A DNA stretch of 64,000 nucleotides, taken from NCBI GenBank assembly GCA_045863235.1, contig BTUM01000044.1, forward strand, positions 1-64,000, written 5' to 3'. The DNA is from Candidatus Xenobia bacterium. Its GTDB lineage: Bacteria; Vulcanimicrobiota; Xenobia; Xenobiales; QWHO01. Positions 17,368 to 27,823 of this stretch are shown here, piece after piece (the stretch's first letter is position 1; every line of letters starts with the position of its first letter). Both the position numbers and the translations under genes were made by a program. The notes beneath the pieces were generated by a model. That model saw only the letters and a list, made by a program, of their open reading frames with translations. It had not been told where the DNA came from and searched no databases.

Positions 17368-20300
17368 TCAGCGCTTCTTGACCACCACGCCGCCCACCAG
17401 CACGCGCTGCTCCTCCTCGGCCAGCCCCAGCCCGGACTTCTTGCCCAATCCGAAGCCCGTGCGGTAGACCTCGCTCAGCTCTTTCAGTTTGGCCGGCTCG
17501 TAGCCCCGCGAAAGTTGGGCGGCCAGCTCGAAGTAGGCGTCCACATCCTCGCTGGTGCGGATCTCGGGGGTGGTCAGCGCGGCCAGCACCAGGGCGTGCC
17601 GGGTATCGGCCTGCTCGACCTGCTCGCAGCTCACCCGCGCGATGGCGGCCGCTTTCTCGGAGCGCGAGGCGAGCTCTTGCAGCACCTTCTGCTCTTTGGT
17701 GGCATCTCCCAGGACCAGGAAGCCCTGAGCGAAGGCGTCCAGGCTCAGAACGCCGGGGTTCTCGAGCAGGATGCGGGCCACGGGATAGCCGGGCTGGGAG
17801 GACCAGCCGGCCACCCGGGTGGCCTCGGTTTTGGTATCGGGGTATTCGCTCAGCACGCTCACCACGGCTCGGGCCAGGCCCTGCTGGTCGTAGGGCTTGT
17901 TTCGGTCGGTGCTCTGGTGGATGGTCCGGTCGATCTCCTTGAGCACTTCGCGGGCCTGGGCGCTGGTGGCGATGGGGCGGTCGGACAGTCCCAGGCGATA
18001 GGCCGCCTCCTTGAGAGCCGGGCTGTAGACCTGCTCCATGACGGCCTTGCCCAGGGTGGCGGTGGGCGTCTTGCGATCGGCCAGAACGTTGGAGCGCAAG
18101 GAGGTGTCGCCGGGATCGGCCGCCAGCGCATAGCGCTTGAGAGCCCCCGGGTCGTCGGCGTTGGGGGTCTTGAGCAGCTCGGCCACCGGACCGAAAGGCA
18201 GGCCCGGCTTCCAGGCGGCTACCCGGGCCGCCGCGTCCTTGGTATCGGGGTACTGCTGCAGGGCGTCCAGGGCGTAGGTGCCCAGTACGTTGAAGTTGTG
18301 GTTCTTGTAGGAGTCGTTGGCAGTTTGCAGGGCGCCGCCCACCTCCTGCAGCCAGGCGGCCACCTCCACCCCGCTGTCGAGCTTCTGGTGGCGCAGGCTG
18401 GCCTGGTAGGCGGCGTGTTTGGCGGTCTGAGAGTAAAGCTGGTCGTACAGCTTGAGGACCAGGTCCGCCCGGGGTAGCTCGGCCATGCGCCTTTTTTGGA
18501 AGACGGCGTCGCTCGGGTCGCAGGCCAGCGCCACCTTCAGGAGATCGGGTCGAGCTGGATTGTTGACCAGCGCCTCGGCTACCGCGCCCGGCCGTCCGGG
18601 TTCCCAGGCCAGCACCCGCTCGGCTGCGGAGCTGGTATCGGGGAAGCTCTTGAGGGCCTCCAGAGCGGCCCCGCCCAGGGCCTGGAGGCTGTTGTCCTTG
18701 TAGCTGTCGTCGGAAGCTCGCACGGCGGCAAGAGCGCTCTGGAACATCCGGGCGGCCTCGATTCCGGTGGTGACGGTGGGATGAGCCAGCGCGGCCCGCA
18801 TGGCCTGGGTCTTGCCCTGGCCGCTGTAGCAGCTGTCGTAGGCCTTCTGCATCAGCGTGGCGGCCCGCTCGGTGGCCGGGTCGGCCTTCAGCTCGGCCAG
18901 CACCCGGGTCTCCATCTCCTGGTCGCCAGGACTGCCCTGCAGCGCGATCTGCCGGAACTCGGCCGGCGTGCTGGCGGTTGGATTCCTGAGCAGTCCGCTG
19001 GCCACGCCGTGGGGCCTGCCGGGCTGCCAGGCGGCAACCTTGCCGGCCGCTTCCCGGGTGTCGGGGAACTGCTGCAGAGCCTGGAGCACGGCTGTCCCAA
19101 GTCCCATCTGGTTGGTCGACTTGTAGCTGTCCTGCGACTGGCCGATCTGCTGGTCCACCGAGCTGAACATGGCGGCGGCCTCCAGGCCGTTGCTGATGCT
19201 TGCATGGCGCAACGCGCCCTGGTAGACGGCGTGCTTGCCAATGGTGCCGTAGATCTTGTCCATGGCCAGCAGGCCCAGGTCCGCGGCCGCGGCCGTGGAG
19301 GGGTCGGCTTTCAGCTCGGTCAGCACCCGTTTTTGCATCTCGGTGTCGTTGACGTCGGCCCCCAGCGCGATCTGGCGCAGCTCCTCGGGGGTGGTGGCGG
19401 TCGGGTGCTCGAGCAACGCGCGGGCCACCCCGTGCGGCGAGCCTGGCTGCCAGGAGGCAACCTTCCCAGCCGCCGCCTGCGTGTCCGGATACTTTTGCAG
19501 GACCTCGATGGCGGCCGTTCCCAGGGCGTTCAGGTTAGAGTTCTTGTAATAGTTGTCCTGGCTGCGCTGGATGCGGCGAGCGATGATCTCGAGCATGCGG
19601 GCGGCCTGCACCCCGTCCCCGATGCTGGGGTACTGCAGAGCCGCTTTGTAGGCTGCGTGCTTGCCTGTCTGGCCGGGGCATCGGTCCCAGACCGCCCGGG
19701 CCACCCCGGCCGCCGCGGCCGTGGTGGGATCGGAGGCCAGCTCGTCCAGAACGCGTTTCTGGGCCTCCTGGTCGTGGGGCTCCACGCCCAGCGCCACCCG
19801 GCGCAGCGCTTCGGGAGTGCTGGCGAGGGGCTTCCTGAGCAGAGCCCGCACCGGGCCAAAGGGGTAGGCCGGAGCCCAGCCGGCCACGCGGCTCGCGCTG
19901 GCCTGCGTCTCGGGAAGCTCCTTGAGCAGCTCCAGCGCGATGCTCCCCAGGTTGGCCCGGGTCTGGTTGGCGTGGTAGTCGGAGGCAGGGGCAACTTCCT
20001 CGACTGCCTCGCGCAACAGAGCGGTCACCTCGCCTCCATGGTGACGTAAAGCCGCTCGAAAGAGGGCCATCTTGCCGGCTTCGGTGGAGCACTTGCCGAC
20101 CGCCCTCTCGGCCAGCTCCGCCGAGCGCGCCGTGGCCGGGTCGGCCTTCATCTCCTCGAGCACTCTCTGGCGCAGCTTCTGGTCCCCGCTCTCGACCCCC
20201 AGGGCCAGGGCGCGCAGCTCGTCGGGCGTCCCGGCGGTAGGGTTTTTCAGCAGCTCGCGGGCCGGGCCGAAAGGCGAGTCGGGCTCCCAGGCGGCCAGTC

Positions 20301-21468
20301 GGGCGGCTCCCGCGCCGGTATCCTGGTACTGGCCCAGGATGGCGATGATCGACTTGCCCAGGCTGACTCGATCTTGCGAGCGGTAGTAGTCCTGGCTGGC
20401 GTCGATGGCCGCGACGATCGGCTCCAGGAACCGGCTCACCTCCACCCCTGTGCTGACGGGAGGCAGCTTGAGGGCGGCCTGGAATACGGCCTGGCCCGAC
20501 TCGCCCCCCTTGAGGCCTGCTTTCGCCATGAGGGCGACAGCGGCCACGGCGGCCGTCTCGGGGCGGCCCTGCAAGAGCTCCAGGAAGCCTTTCTGAAATT
20601 GCAGGCTGAGCGTGAGCTGCTGGCCCAGTTGGACCACCTCGTTGGTGGGCAGCTTCTCCACCTCGCGCAAGATGGCCGGCATGACCCGCGCTTCGCCCCA
20701 CTGCTTGATCATGCCCTGGATCGAGGCCGCGTCGGGCTTGAGCTCGAAGAGTTGCCGGGCGGCGGTGGGGCTCTGCGACTCCTGGCGCAGCTGGGCAAAG
20801 CGGACCAGGCTGGCCTCGAGATCGGGAGTTGTGACGGGCAGCCAAACCTCGCCCTCTCGTCCTACCTGGCGAGGTTGCGAATCACCGTAGGAGGCACGCC
20901 GTCGGTTCTGGTCGTCGAAGAACTGGTAGCCCTTGAGCTCGAGCTGGCCCAGCGCGTCGTGTTGATAGAAGGCCGCCAGCCCGGGCAACCCGGCCAGCTC
21001 CAGGGCCAGCTTCTGGTCATTCACCTTGAGCTGCACGCTCAGCTTGTGAGCCGGATCGGTGAGGGCGTTGTAGGCGCCGTAACCGCCGACGTTGCGGCCC
21101 TCCGGGTCGACGAAGGTGGGCCCGAGCTTCTCCAGAACCTGGAGCTCCTCGCCCGTGGCCGCGTGGGGGAGGAGCTGGACCGGACGCAGCCCGCTGAACA
21201 CGGCCACCTCGGTCAGGTCTTGCTCGCTGAGCAAGGGCAGCGTGACGCCCTGGTGCACCACCTGCAGGGGGCGCTTCCCCTCGCGGAGCTTCTCGGCCGT
21301 TTCGGCAGCGTCGAGCTTGCGGGTGCCAAACCACCAGCGCCGCTTGGCGCGGATCTCGACCCCCGCGTCCAGCACGTCCTGAGCGACCCGCTCGAGCGTG
21401 TCGTCGGCAGCAGGCGTCGAGACCGCCTGGCTGGGCCGGGCGGTCGGACCGATGGGACGGATGTTCAC
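17368..21468 (-). CDS. Large helical repeat protein (1366 aa, seven ~140-aa repeats) with family-specific N domain and C-terminal tag
   Basis: Seven recurrences of A(A/G/S)W.P..P.G..LL..P; terminus EEEQRVLVGGVVVKKR; GTG start 7 nt after TAGCCT. Confidence 0.85.
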   Translation of the reverse strand: MNIRPIGPTARPSQAVSTPAADDTLERVAQDVLDAGVEIRAKRRWWFGTRKLDAAETAEKLREGKRPLQVVHQGVTLPLLSEQDLTEVAVFSGLRPVQLLPHAATGEELQVLEKLGPTFVDPEGRNVGGYGAYNALTDPAHKLSVQLKVNDQKLALELAGLPGLAAFYQHDALGQLELKGYQFFDDQNRRRASYGDSQPRQVGREGEVWLPVTTPDLEASLVRFAQLRQESQSPTAARQLFELKPDAASIQGMIKQWGEARVMPAILREVEKLPTNEVVQLGQQLTLSLQFQKGFLELLQGRPETAAVAAVALMAKAGLKGGESGQAVFQAALKLPPVSTGVEVSRFLEPIVAAIDASQDYYRSQDRVSLGKSIIAILGQYQDTGAGAARLAAWEPDSPFGPARELLKNPTAGTPDELRALALGVESGDQKLRQRVLEEMKADPATARSAELAERAVGKCSTEAGKMALFRAALRHHGGEVTALLREAVEEVAPASDYHANQTRANLGSIALELLKELPETQASASRVAGWAPAYPFGPVRALLRKPLASTPEALRRVALGVEPHDQEAQKRVLDELASDPTTAAAAGVARAVWDRCPGQTGKHAAYKAALQYPSIGDGVQAARMLEIIARRIQRSQDNYYKNSNLNALGTAAIEVLQKYPDTQAAAGKVASWQPGSPHGVARALLEHPTATTPEELRQIALGADVNDTEMQKRVLTELKADPSTAAAADLGLLAMDKIYGTIGKHAVYQGALRHASISNGLEAAAMFSSVDQQIGQSQDSYKSTNQMGLGTAVLQALQQFPDTREAAGKVAAWQPGRPHGVASGLLRNPTASTPAEFRQIALQGSPGDQEMETRVLAELKADPATERAATLMQKAYDSCYSGQGKTQAMRAALAHPTVTTGIEAARMFQSALAAVRASDDSYKDNSLQALGGAALEALKSFPDTSSAAERVLAWEPGRPGAVAEALVNNPARPDLLKVALACDPSDAVFQKRRMAELPRADLVLKLYDQLYSQTAKHAAYQASLRHQKLDSGVEVAAWLQEVGGALQTANDSYKNHNFNVLGTYALDALQQYPDTKDAAARVAAWKPGLPFGPVAELLKTPNADDPGALKRYALAADPGDTSLRSNVLADRKTPTATLGKAVMEQVYSPALKEAAYRLGLSDRPIATSAQAREVLKEIDRTIHQSTDRNKPYDQQGLARAVVSVLSEYPDTKTEATRVAGWSSQPGYPVARILLENPGVLSLDAFAQGFLVLGDATKEQKVLQELASRSEKAAAIARVSCEQVEQADTRHALVLAALTTPEIRTSEDVDAYFELAAQLSRGYEPAKLKELSEVYRTGFGLGKKSGLGLAEEEQRVLVGGVVVKKR

Positions 21469-21539
21469 GCCTGCAAGGCTAGCAGGTCAGGCTGAAAGTT
21501 CTTTGATTGTCATCGGAGCGGACAGAGCCATCTTGCACA

Positions 21540-22610
21540 CTACCTGGGGCTGTCCGCTGCGACCATCTCCTCCACGCCGCCTTGAGACGGCACACAGGCG
21601 TAAATCTCCGGCTTCACGCCCGCTGACTCCTCATACTGCCGCGAGACCGCATCCACGAATCCCGCCACCGATTCCTCGCTCACCAGCGACACCACACACC
21701 CGCCAAACCCTCCACCCGTCATGCGCGCCCCGTATACGCCCGGCTGGGCGACACAGAGTTCGACCATCTTGTCCAGCCCGGTGCAGCTGACCTCGTAGTC
21801 ATCCCTCAAAGAAACGTGCGATTCCCCCATGAGCCGGCCAAAGCGGGCCACATCCCCTGCCTCCAAAGCTTTACCAGCCTCGAGCACGCGGGCGTTCTCG
21901 CCCACGACGTGCCGGGCGCGCTTGAGGATCACGCCGGTCAGGCCATCCAGCGAGACGGCGTCTCGCAGAGACTTGACCCCCAGCCGCTCAGCCGCCTCCT
22001 CGCATTGGGCGCGGCGCTCGTTATAGGCGCTCGAGGCCAGCGAGTGCTTGACCATCGTGTTGGCGATCACCACTCGCACGCCACTGGGGATGGGCACCGG
22101 TCGGTACTCGAGGGAGCGGCAATCGAGCAACAGGGCGCTCCCCTCCTGGCCGCAGCAGCAGATGAACTGGTCCATGATGCCGCAGCGCATGCCCACGAAC
22201 TCGTTCTCGGCCCGCTGGCAGACCAGGGCCAACTCGGGCCGAGACAGGGTGATCCCGTTCAGCGCGGTCAGGGCCAGAGCCGAGGCGACCTCCACGCTGG
22301 CCGAGGAGCTGAGGCCGGCTCCCAGGGGAACGTTCCCCTCCAGCTCCAGGTTGGCACCGCGAGGCACCTCCAGCGTCACGGCCACCCCCACCACGTAGTC
22401 GCTCCAGTGGCCGCGCGGGGCGGCCTCATCCAGCGAGACCTCCACCGTCTCGCCGAAGCCCAGGCTGTGCAACTTGAGCACTCGGTCCTGCCGCGGCGAG
22501 GCCTTCACCCGGGTGAACCGGTCGATGGCCGCGGGCATCACGAAACCCTGGTTGTAGTCGGTGTGCTCCCCGATCAGGTTGACCCGCCCCGGGGCCCGGA
22601 AGACCCTCAT
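21540..22610 (-). CDS. galK: Galactokinase
   Basis: [48 protein letters not shown] overlap with galT. Confidence 0.97.
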   Translation of the reverse strand: MRVFRAPGRVNLIGEHTDYNQGFVMPAAIDRFTRVKASPRQDRVLKLHSLGFGETVEVSLDEAAPRGHWSDYVVGVAVTLEVPRGANLELEGNVPLGAGLSSSASVEVASALALTALNGITLSRPELALVCQRAENEFVGMRCGIMDQFICCCGQEGSALLLDCRSLEYRPVPIPSGVRVVIANTMVKHSLASSAYNERRAQCEEAAERLGVKSLRDAVSLDGLTGVILKRARHVVGENARVLEAGKALEAGDVARFGRLMGESHVSLRDDYEVSCTGLDKMVELCVAQPGVYGARMTGGGFGGCVVSLVSEESVAGFVDAVSRQYEESAGVKPEIYACVPSQGGVEEMVAADSPR

Positions 22611-23656
22611 GCTCTCGCCTTTCGATAGTGCTCGGCGGGCAGCGCCCGCAGGCGCTCGGCCGCCTGCTCGGGGGTGATGTCGCGCTGGGCCTCCCCGCTC
22701 ATCTCGTAGCCTACCTGGAACTTCTTGATCGTGGCCGAGCGCAGCAAGGGCGGGAAGAAGTGCTGGTGCAGCTGCACCTCGGGGTGCTCCCGGCCGTCGG
22801 CGGGAGCCTGGTGGATGCCCATGGAGTATGGGAACGAGGTCAGGAACAGGTTGTCGTAGCGCACGAGCAGCTCGCGCATGAGGGCCGCCCAGGCCTGGCG
22901 CTCCTCGCCGCCGAGCTGCCCGATGCGGCTTACCGCCCGGCGGGGCACGATCATCGTCTCGTAGGGCCACAGGGCCCAGTAAGGCACCAGGGCGACGAAG
23001 TGCTCGTTCTCCGCCAGCACGCGCTCTTTCTCCCAGGTCAGGTAGTCCAGCAAGAGGGGGCGCCCGTGCTCACGGAAGTAGGCCTGCTGTTGAGCCAGCT
23101 CTCGGGCCTGGATCGTGGGCACCGACTCGGTTGCCCAGATCTGCCCGTGGGGGTGAGGATTGCTGCACCCCATGATCTCGCCCTTGTTCTCGAAGATGGT
23201 GACGGCCCCGATGAACGGCTTCTGGGCCAGGTCCTCGTACTGCGCGGCCCAGAGGTCCACCACGGGGACGATCTCCTCCACCTCCATCTGGGCCAGCGTC
23301 AGGTCATGGCGCGGGGCGAAGCAGACCACGCGGCAGATCCCCTGCTCGGCCTGGCGACGGATCAGGCCATTGCACTGGGACTGATGGCCATCGCTGACCT
23401 CTCCCGGCATCACCGCAGCGAAATCGTTGTCGAAGACGAAGGTGGAGGGATAGTCGGGGTTCTGTGCCCCGTTGGCGCGCGTGTTGCCAGGGCAGAGATA
23501 GCAGCCGGGATCGTAGGCCGGCCGCGTGTCCGCGCCGCTCTCCTCGGTTTGTCCCGACCAGGGACGACTGGTGCGGTGGGGCGAGCACAAGACCCACTCG
23601 TCGAGCAGCGGATTGTAGCGCCGGTGGGGATTCTGGCTGGCATCGAAGGCAGGCAT
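22607..23656 (-). CDS. galT: Galactose-1-phosphate uridylyltransferase
   Basis: [42 protein letters not shown]. Confidence 0.97.
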   Translation of the reverse strand: MPAFDASQNPHRRYNPLLDEWVLCSPHRTSRPWSGQTEESGADTRPAYDPGCYLCPGNTRANGAQNPDYPSTFVFDNDFAAVMPGEVSDGHQSQCNGLIRRQAEQGICRVVCFAPRHDLTLAQMEVEEIVPVVDLWAAQYEDLAQKPFIGAVTIFENKGEIMGCSNPHPHGQIWATESVPTIQARELAQQQAYFREHGRPLLLDYLTWEKERVLAENEHFVALVPYWALWPYETMIVPRRAVSRIGQLGGEERQAWAALMRELLVRYDNLFLTSFPYSMGIHQAPADGREHPEVQLHQHFFPPLLRSATIKKFQVGYEMSGEAQRDITPEQAAERLRALPAEHYRKARA

Positions 23657-23777
23657 TCCAGCGAGCTTCGTTCAGATTTTTTTTGGCCCTCCATGGCACA
23701 CTTGATTCTATGCGTCTACGACTGGCCATCGTCAACGAGGGCACTCCCAGAGACTACCGGAGGAACAATCCCAGGCC

Positions 23778-25517
23778 ATGAAGATCAGACTCCTCCTGCT
23801 GTTCCTGTTCGTTGCCTGGGCCCCCGCGCCCGGAGGGCTCACGACCCGATGGGGGCGAGGCCTGGACCCGTCTCACGTGCTCGGGGACTATCCTCGGCCC
23901 CAGATGGCGCGCTCCACCTGGATGAGCCTGAACGGCCTCTGGAGCTATAGCATCCTGCCCAGCGGCGCTCAGGGCGAGATTCTGGTGCCCTTCCCCATCG
24001 AATCCTCGCTCTCCGGGGTGGGCCTCACTCCCGGCTCCAACAAACGCTTGCTCTACCGCCGCCAGTTCACCGTGCCCCCCGAGTGGGCCCGGCACAAGGT
24101 GCTGCTGCATTTCGGAGCCGTCGACTGGGACGCCACGGTCCGACTCAACGGCGAGGTCGTGTCTCGCCACCAGGGCGGCTTTGACCCCTTCGAGGTGGAC
24201 TTGACCCCCCATCTGCGCCCCGGCACGCAGGACCTCAGCGTCACGGTGCGCGATCTCAGCGACCAGGGCCAGCAGCCGCGCGGCAAACAGGTGCTCAAGC
24301 CGCGGTCGATCTGGTACACCCCGGTCACGGGCATCTGGCAGACCGTGTGGCTCGAGCCGGTACCAAGGCTGAACGCGATCCGCGACCTGCGCATCGTGCC
24401 CGACGTGGACCGCTCGGAGGTCCGCGTCACGGTGGAGACGGACAACCCCACCACGGTCACCTTGACCGGAGCGGGCGTCACTGTCAGCGGCCCCAGCGGG
24501 CAGCCCCTGGCGCTGCCGGTCTCCGATCCCCACCTGTGGTCTCCCGAGGACCCGTTCCTGTATGACCTCACGGTGCGCACCCCGGACGATCAGGTGCAAA
24601 GCTACTTCGGCCTGCGCAAGATCTCGCTCGGCCAGGATGCCGAGGGCAAGACCCGCATCCTGCTCAACGATCGCTTCGTGTTCCAGTTCGGCCCCCTGGA
24701 TCAGGGCTGGTGGCCCGACGGCCTCTACACCGCGCCCAGCGATGAAGCCCTGCGGTACGACCTGGACATCACCAAGAAGCTGGGCTTCAACATGGTGCGC
24801 AAGCACATCAAGACAGAGCCCCAACGTTGGTACACCTACTGCGACCGGATGGGGCTTCTGGTCTGGCAAGACATGCCCAGCGGCGGCCCCGAGGCCCCCT
24901 GGACGCCCGAGGGGAAGCACGACCGCACCGAGCTCAACCGCACGCCCGACGTGAAAGAGATTTACGAACGCGAGTGGGCGGCCATCATCGACAGCCTGGA
25001 GAACCACCCCAGCATCGTGGTCTGGGTGCCTTTCAACGAAGGCTGGGGACAGTTCGATACCGAGCGCATTACCCGCTGGACGATGGAGCGCGATCCCTCT
25101 CGCCTGGTCAATCCGGCCAGCGGGGGCAACGACTTCCCGGTAGGGCACATGCGCGACATCCACCGCTACCCCGGCCCCTACGCTCCGCCCATGGAGTCGC
25201 AGCGCGCCATCGTGCTGGGCGAGTTCGGAGGCCTGGGATGGCCTGTGCCGGGACACATCTGGCAGCAGAAGGACAACTGGGGCTACCGCACGCTGACCAG
25301 CCGTGAAGAGCTGAACTCAGGCTTCCTCGACCTGCTGGAAAAGCTGGCTCCCATGGTGGATGAAGGCGGGCTCTCGGCCGCGGTTTACACCCAGACCACC
25401 GACGTGGAGGGCGAGGTCAACGGCTTGATGACCTACGACCGCGAGGTGCTCAAGCTCGATGCCGACCGGGTCGCCCCGGCGGTGCAACAGATCATCGGGA
25501 GGTTTTCTGGTCGATGA
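23778..25517 (+). CDS. Secreted glycoside hydrolase family 2 (beta-galactosidase-like)
   Basis: Signal peptide; YPRPQM, LHFGAVDW, GPLDQGWWPDG, GFNMVRKHIK, WVPFNEGWGQ, GEFGG, YTQTTDVEGE. Confidence 0.92.
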   Translation: MKIRLLLLFLFVAWAPAPGGLTTRWGRGLDPSHVLGDYPRPQMARSTWMSLNGLWSYSILPSGAQGEILVPFPIESSLSGVGLTPGSNKRLLYRRQFTVPPEWARHKVLLHFGAVDWDATVRLNGEVVSRHQGGFDPFEVDLTPHLRPGTQDLSVTVRDLSDQGQQPRGKQVLKPRSIWYTPVTGIWQTVWLEPVPRLNAIRDLRIVPDVDRSEVRVTVETDNPTTVTLTGAGVTVSGPSGQPLALPVSDPHLWSPEDPFLYDLTVRTPDDQVQSYFGLRKISLGQDAEGKTRILLNDRFVFQFGPLDQGWWPDGLYTAPSDEALRYDLDITKKLGFNMVRKHIKTEPQRWYTYCDRMGLLVWQDMPSGGPEAPWTPEGKHDRTELNRTPDVKEIYEREWAAIIDSLENHPSIVVWVPFNEGWGQFDTERITRWTMERDPSRLVNPASGGNDFPVGHMRDIHRYPGPYAPPMESQRAIVLGEFGGLGWPVPGHIWQQKDNWGYRTLTSREELNSGFLDLLEKLAPMVDEGGLSAAVYTQTTDVEGEVNGLMTYDREVLKLDADRVAPAVQQIIGRFSGR

Positions 25518-26599
25518 GACTCGCCTTGATTCTTCTGCTTTGCCTGACAGCCAGCGCTGAGGTCGTGAAAACGCCCTTCGGCCAGACCAGGGAGGGCGTT
25601 TCCGTGGAGCAATACACCCTGACCAACGGCAACGGCTTGAGCGCCAAAGTGATGACCTACGGCGCCACCTGGACCCACATGCTGGCGCCTGATCGCGGGG
25701 GCAAGCTGGGCGACGTGCTGCTCGGATTCGATACCCTGGAGCCCTACCTGGGCGAGCACCCCTACTTCGGGGTGACGGTAGGCCGGGTGGGCAACCGCAT
25801 CGCCAGAGGGCGTTTTACGCTGGACGGCAAGACCTACCAGCTGGCCGTCAACAACGGCCCCAACCACCTGCACGGCGGGCTCAAGGGCTTCGACAAGGTG
25901 GTCTGGAAGGCTGAGCCTGTGGGAGAAAATTCCGTGCGCTTCACCTCCACCGACCCGGACGGCTCCAACGGCTATCCCGGCACGGTGGAGACCACGGTGA
26001 CCTACACCCTGACCGAGGACGACGAGCTGCGCATCGACTATACCGCCACAACCGATCAAGCCACCCCCATCAACCTGACCAACCATGCCTACTTCAACCT
26101 GGGCACGCCGGCCTCCGGCACCGTGCTCGACCACGGGCTCCGCCTCTTCTCCGACCGATTTACCCCGGTGGACGACACGCTCATCCCCACCGGCCGGATC
26201 GCGGCCGTGCGCGACACGCCCATGGACTTCACCCGGACTCGCCCCATCGGCTCGCGCATCGAGCAAGTGGGCAAAGACCCGACCGGCTACGACCACAATT
26301 ACGTCGTCAACGGACAGGAAGGCGACTTCAAGCCGGTGGCCCGCGTGGTGGATCCGCAGACCGGCCGGCAGCTCGAGATCTTCAGCGACCAGCCTGGCGT
26401 GCAGTTCTACTCGGGGAACTTCCTGGACGGCACCATCAAGGGCAAGGACGGGATCGTCTACCGCAAGCACCACGGGTTCTGCCTGGAGACCCAGCACTTC
26501 CCCGACTCGGTCAACCACGCCAATTTTCCCAGCGTCATCCTGAGGCCAGGCAGGACCTATCGCACCAGCACGGTGCACCGTTTCTCGGTCAGCCATTGA
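25514..26599 (+). CDS. galM: Aldose 1-epimerase (galactose mutarotase) with signal peptide
   Basis: GRVGNRI, NHLHGG, NLTNHAYFNL, GYDHNY, FCLETQHFPD. Confidence 0.95.
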   Translation: MRLALILLLCLTASAEVVKTPFGQTREGVSVEQYTLTNGNGLSAKVMTYGATWTHMLAPDRGGKLGDVLLGFDTLEPYLGEHPYFGVTVGRVGNRIARGRFTLDGKTYQLAVNNGPNHLHGGLKGFDKVVWKAEPVGENSVRFTSTDPDGSNGYPGTVETTVTYTLTEDDELRIDYTATTDQATPINLTNHAYFNLGTPASGTVLDHGLRLFSDRFTPVDDTLIPTGRIAAVRDTPMDFTRTRPIGSRIEQVGKDPTGYDHNYVVNGQEGDFKPVARVVDPQTGRQLEIFSDQPGVQFYSGNFLDGTIKGKDGIVYRKHHGFCLETQHFPDSVNHANFPSVILRPGRTYRTSTVHRFSVSH

Positions 26600-26725
26600 A
26601 GCAAGGCGGGGCAGCCACGCCACGGCATGCCCGCCATCGCTGCTGTCGCCAATGTTCTCCGCGTCGAGCAACTCTGCGGGCGTCAGGGCGCAGGGACCGG
26701 TTGGGGCCGGGGCGTAAATTCCAGC

Positions 26726-27823
26726 ATGGCGCTCTCCACCTCAATCACGCACGGGCAGATCCGGGGACCTGTTTTCGATGGCGCGCTGATCTTCGGCTGC
26801 GCCGCACTGGCGCTGTTGGCCGGTTACGCGGTGACCGAGTGGCCGGCGCTCTTCCCGGCCCTGCTGCTGGCGGACGTATGGTTGCTGGGCTCACACCATG
26901 TCATTGCCACCTACACCCGCATCTGCTTTGACACCGACAGCCTCAAGCAGAACAAGTTCTTCGTCTTCGTCCTTCCCTGGCTGGTGATGCTGGGCGTGGC
27001 GGCCGTGGTTTGGTTCAGTAAGGGCCGCATGATGGTCACCTCCATCTACCTCTACTGGCAATGGTTCCACTACATGCGCCAGAGCTACGGAGTCTCTCGC
27101 ATCTACCAGCGCAAAGGCCCGCCGGTCGGTCGACTGGACGAGTGGGTGACCTCGGCCATGCTTTACTCGATCGCTCTGTTCGGCATCATGTATCGCTCCT
27201 ACCAGCACATCCAGAACCCCCAACAGCTGTTCCTGGGCTCCAACTTCTTTGCCATCCCGGTCGATCTGGCGGCCCTGGCGGCGGTAGGGGCCATCGCGCT
27301 GGTCTGCCTGGTGATGTGGGTGATCAGCGTGTTGCTGCGAGCACTGGATGGCAAGGTCACCTTCCCCCAGGTGGCCTATCTGCTCAGCCACGTGGTGGTG
27401 TTCTTCGTCGGATACTATTGGATCGAGGACATCACCTTCGGCTGGCTGGTCGTGAATACGTGGCACAACTCCCAGTACATCCTGATCGTGTGGCTCTTCA
27501 ACAACAACCGCTTCAAGAACCAGGTGGATCCACGCCACAAGTTCTTGTCCTTCATCAGCCAGACCCGCTTCCTGTGGCTCTACTTCGCAGTCTGCGTGGC
27601 CATCACGTTCGCCTTCTACGGCCTCGTCGAGCTTCTGTCGGTCCGCCTTGCGCCCCTCCTGCTGCCGGTGCTGGTCACCTCGCAGGGCTGGGCCGTGGTG
27701 GCCTATCAGGGGATCAACTTTCACCACTACATCGTGGATTCTTACATCTGGAAGGTTCGCAAGCCCACCATCCAGCAGAACCTGGGAATCCAGAAGGAAC
27801 TCTCGGCGGTCGTGAACGGCTGA
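26726..27823 (+). CDS. Multi-pass membrane protein with conserved His motifs (uncharacterised)
   Basis: About 9-10 hydrophobic segments; HHVIATY, WQWFHYMRQSYG, WHNSQY, FHHYIVDSYIWK. Start 26726 preferred over 26627. Confidence 0.8.
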   Translation: MALSTSITHGQIRGPVFDGALIFGCAALALLAGYAVTEWPALFPALLLADVWLLGSHHVIATYTRICFDTDSLKQNKFFVFVLPWLVMLGVAAVVWFSKGRMMVTSIYLYWQWFHYMRQSYGVSRIYQRKGPPVGRLDEWVTSAMLYSIALFGIMYRSYQHIQNPQQLFLGSNFFAIPVDLAALAAVGAIALVCLVMWVISVLLRALDGKVTFPQVAYLLSHVVVFFVGYYWIEDITFGWLVVNTWHNSQYILIVWLFNNNRFKNQVDPRHKFLSFISQTRFLWLYFAVCVAITFAFYGLVELLSVRLAPLLLPVLVTSQGWAVVAYQGINFHHYIVDSYIWKVRKPTIQQNLGIQKELSAVVNG

